Positions 62,616-64,000 of a stretch of 64,000 nt of DNA are shown in pieces. The stretch covers positions 18,352,001-18,416,000 of the forward strand of contig OZ193909.1 of NCBI GenBank assembly GCA_964276515.1, written 5' to 3'. Within the stretch, counting starts at the first letter, position 1. Every line of letters begins with the position of its first letter. The translations under genes and the position numbers were made by a program. Source of the DNA: Gordius albopunctatus. Taxonomy: Eukaryota. The notes beneath the pieces are model-generated. The model made no database searches. It was given only the letters and a program-made list of their open reading frames with translations, and was not told the origin of the DNA.

Positions 62616-64000
62616 CAGTAGCGTAGCTAGCCTTTTTGCCTTGGGGGGGGGGGGCTGAGCTGGTCAAGCCATAAGGGGGGGGGGCAAAAAAATTCTGCAA
62701 AAAGAAATTTCTTCTGCCCGAGCCCGATTTTTCAATTTTTATTTTGCCCGGCCCGAAAGAAATTTTTAATTTTGGCCCGAGCCCGACCCGATTTTTCAAA
62801 TAAAATTTCGAAAAAATTATATTTTTCAAATTTTTTTCACCATCTAAATATAAAATGCATTAGATTTTTATTACTCGTAATTTACAACTAGGATAAGTTT
62901 GAAATAAAAAATCCACTTTCACTCGTTAAAATATATTCAGCTAATAATTTAAAGCTAAAAATATAACTTTATAAAATATATTTTTTACAGTTCCAAATAA
63001 AAAACTTTTTGAACTATTTACTTCTCTTATTTCTAAAGTTGTAACTTCTATGAATCTATTTAAATAATAGAATAATATTTGCATTTCATGTCGGTTATAT
63101 TATAACAGACAAGGGAAAAGAGCTGAAGTTTGAGAGCTATATAATGTACGCTGTGCCAAGATATTGAATTTATTTAAATTCTATTTTATAAAAGATTAAT
63201 TTGCTTTAGTTCAATTCGAGCCGGGCTCGGGCCTCAGATCGAGCCGCCACATCAGGCCCGACCCGAGCCCGAGGCCCCATTATTTTATGAAATTTTGGGG
63301 CCGGGTCGGGCTTCAGGCGGCCCGTGCAGGGCTCTAACTACATATACCCTTAAAAATTCCCCCCCCCCCTTAATCCAAAACCTGAATACGACCATGGGTC
63401 AAACGCAAATTAAGAATTTTTCTCTCATAAACGTTGGGCAAACTTAAAATCCCGCTACTAATTTGTGTATTTTATCTAATAACATCACACTAGTATGTCT
63501 TAGACCCGTATGTATCTAGGAATCTAGGTTATAAAATAATGAAAATTTATTCATAAATAAAACAAAGTAATGTAGTTGAAACAACATAAATTTCACTTTG
63601 TATAATAAGTTTGTGTATAAATGATTGTAAGGGCACAAAGTGGAACGGGGATATTGACAGAAATCGTTGACATTTTAAAAAATAATACAAATATTAAAAA
63701 AACTATATAAAAAAGGTTTTATAAAAATTATTATTGCCAAAACCCCAAAAAATCTTGGCCATATATATAACATTTTATAATTTTACATATACAATATTGG
63801 CAGCATTTATATCATGAAAACAATGAGAACATTTAAAAGCCTTTTTAGGCTAGATGCTCGAAAGGCGTAATTATAACATAAATATGGAAAAAAATTAATT
63901 ATGAAATTAAAATTCGTTCAAGAATGAGTATTTAGAAGTTATTGCCCTGATGATATTATAGATATATTCGCACAACCGCCCCCCCCCCCTTTAAATCACC
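62616..64000 (+). mobile_element. Left part of degenerate hAT, copy of 24755 onward
   Basis: GTTTTATC TSD followed by CAGTAGCGTAGCTAG. Confidence 0.75.

Larger units (their letters stand above)
43407..64000. repeat. Segmental/tandem duplicate, near-identical to 5546-26139
   Basis: Offset 37,861; runs off the window end. Confidence 0.97.

Overview
This is AT-rich eukaryotic DNA with short GT-AG introns, probably from an invertebrate animal, and it is dominated by nested transposon debris. It has two 200-N scaffold gaps (5346-5545, 27250-27449). The window is a near-identical head-to-tail repeat: 5546-26139 equals 43407-64000 (offset 37,861), and 1-5345 equals 24421-28737. Correcting for the second gap gives a unit of about 38.9 kb. 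Each unit carries one apparently intact minus-strand gene of at least 16 exons (20722 to at least 33987). By manual splicing it encodes a ~670-aa secreted reprolysin (M12B, ADAM/ADAMTS-like) zinc metalloprotease with HELGHNIGLPHD, a Met-turn and a Cys-rich domain, but no visible TSP1 repeats. The unit also holds an older inverted pseudogene copy of part of that gene and a serpin pseudogene fragment. Its transposons include three CRE-like RLE non-LTR retrotransposons (one with a perfect 34-bp target-site duplication), a deleted Ty3/Gypsy element abutting a Penelope fragment, and a candidate minimal hammerhead ribozyme. There are also several hAT elements with TIRs and 8-bp TSDs, non-autonomous Helitrons, MITEs and a 32-bp minisatellite. 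I saw no prokaryotic features, rRNA, tRNA or CRISPR. I cannot claim a wholly new biological system; the best leads are the recently amplified protease unit, the long-TSD CRE insertion and the ribozyme.
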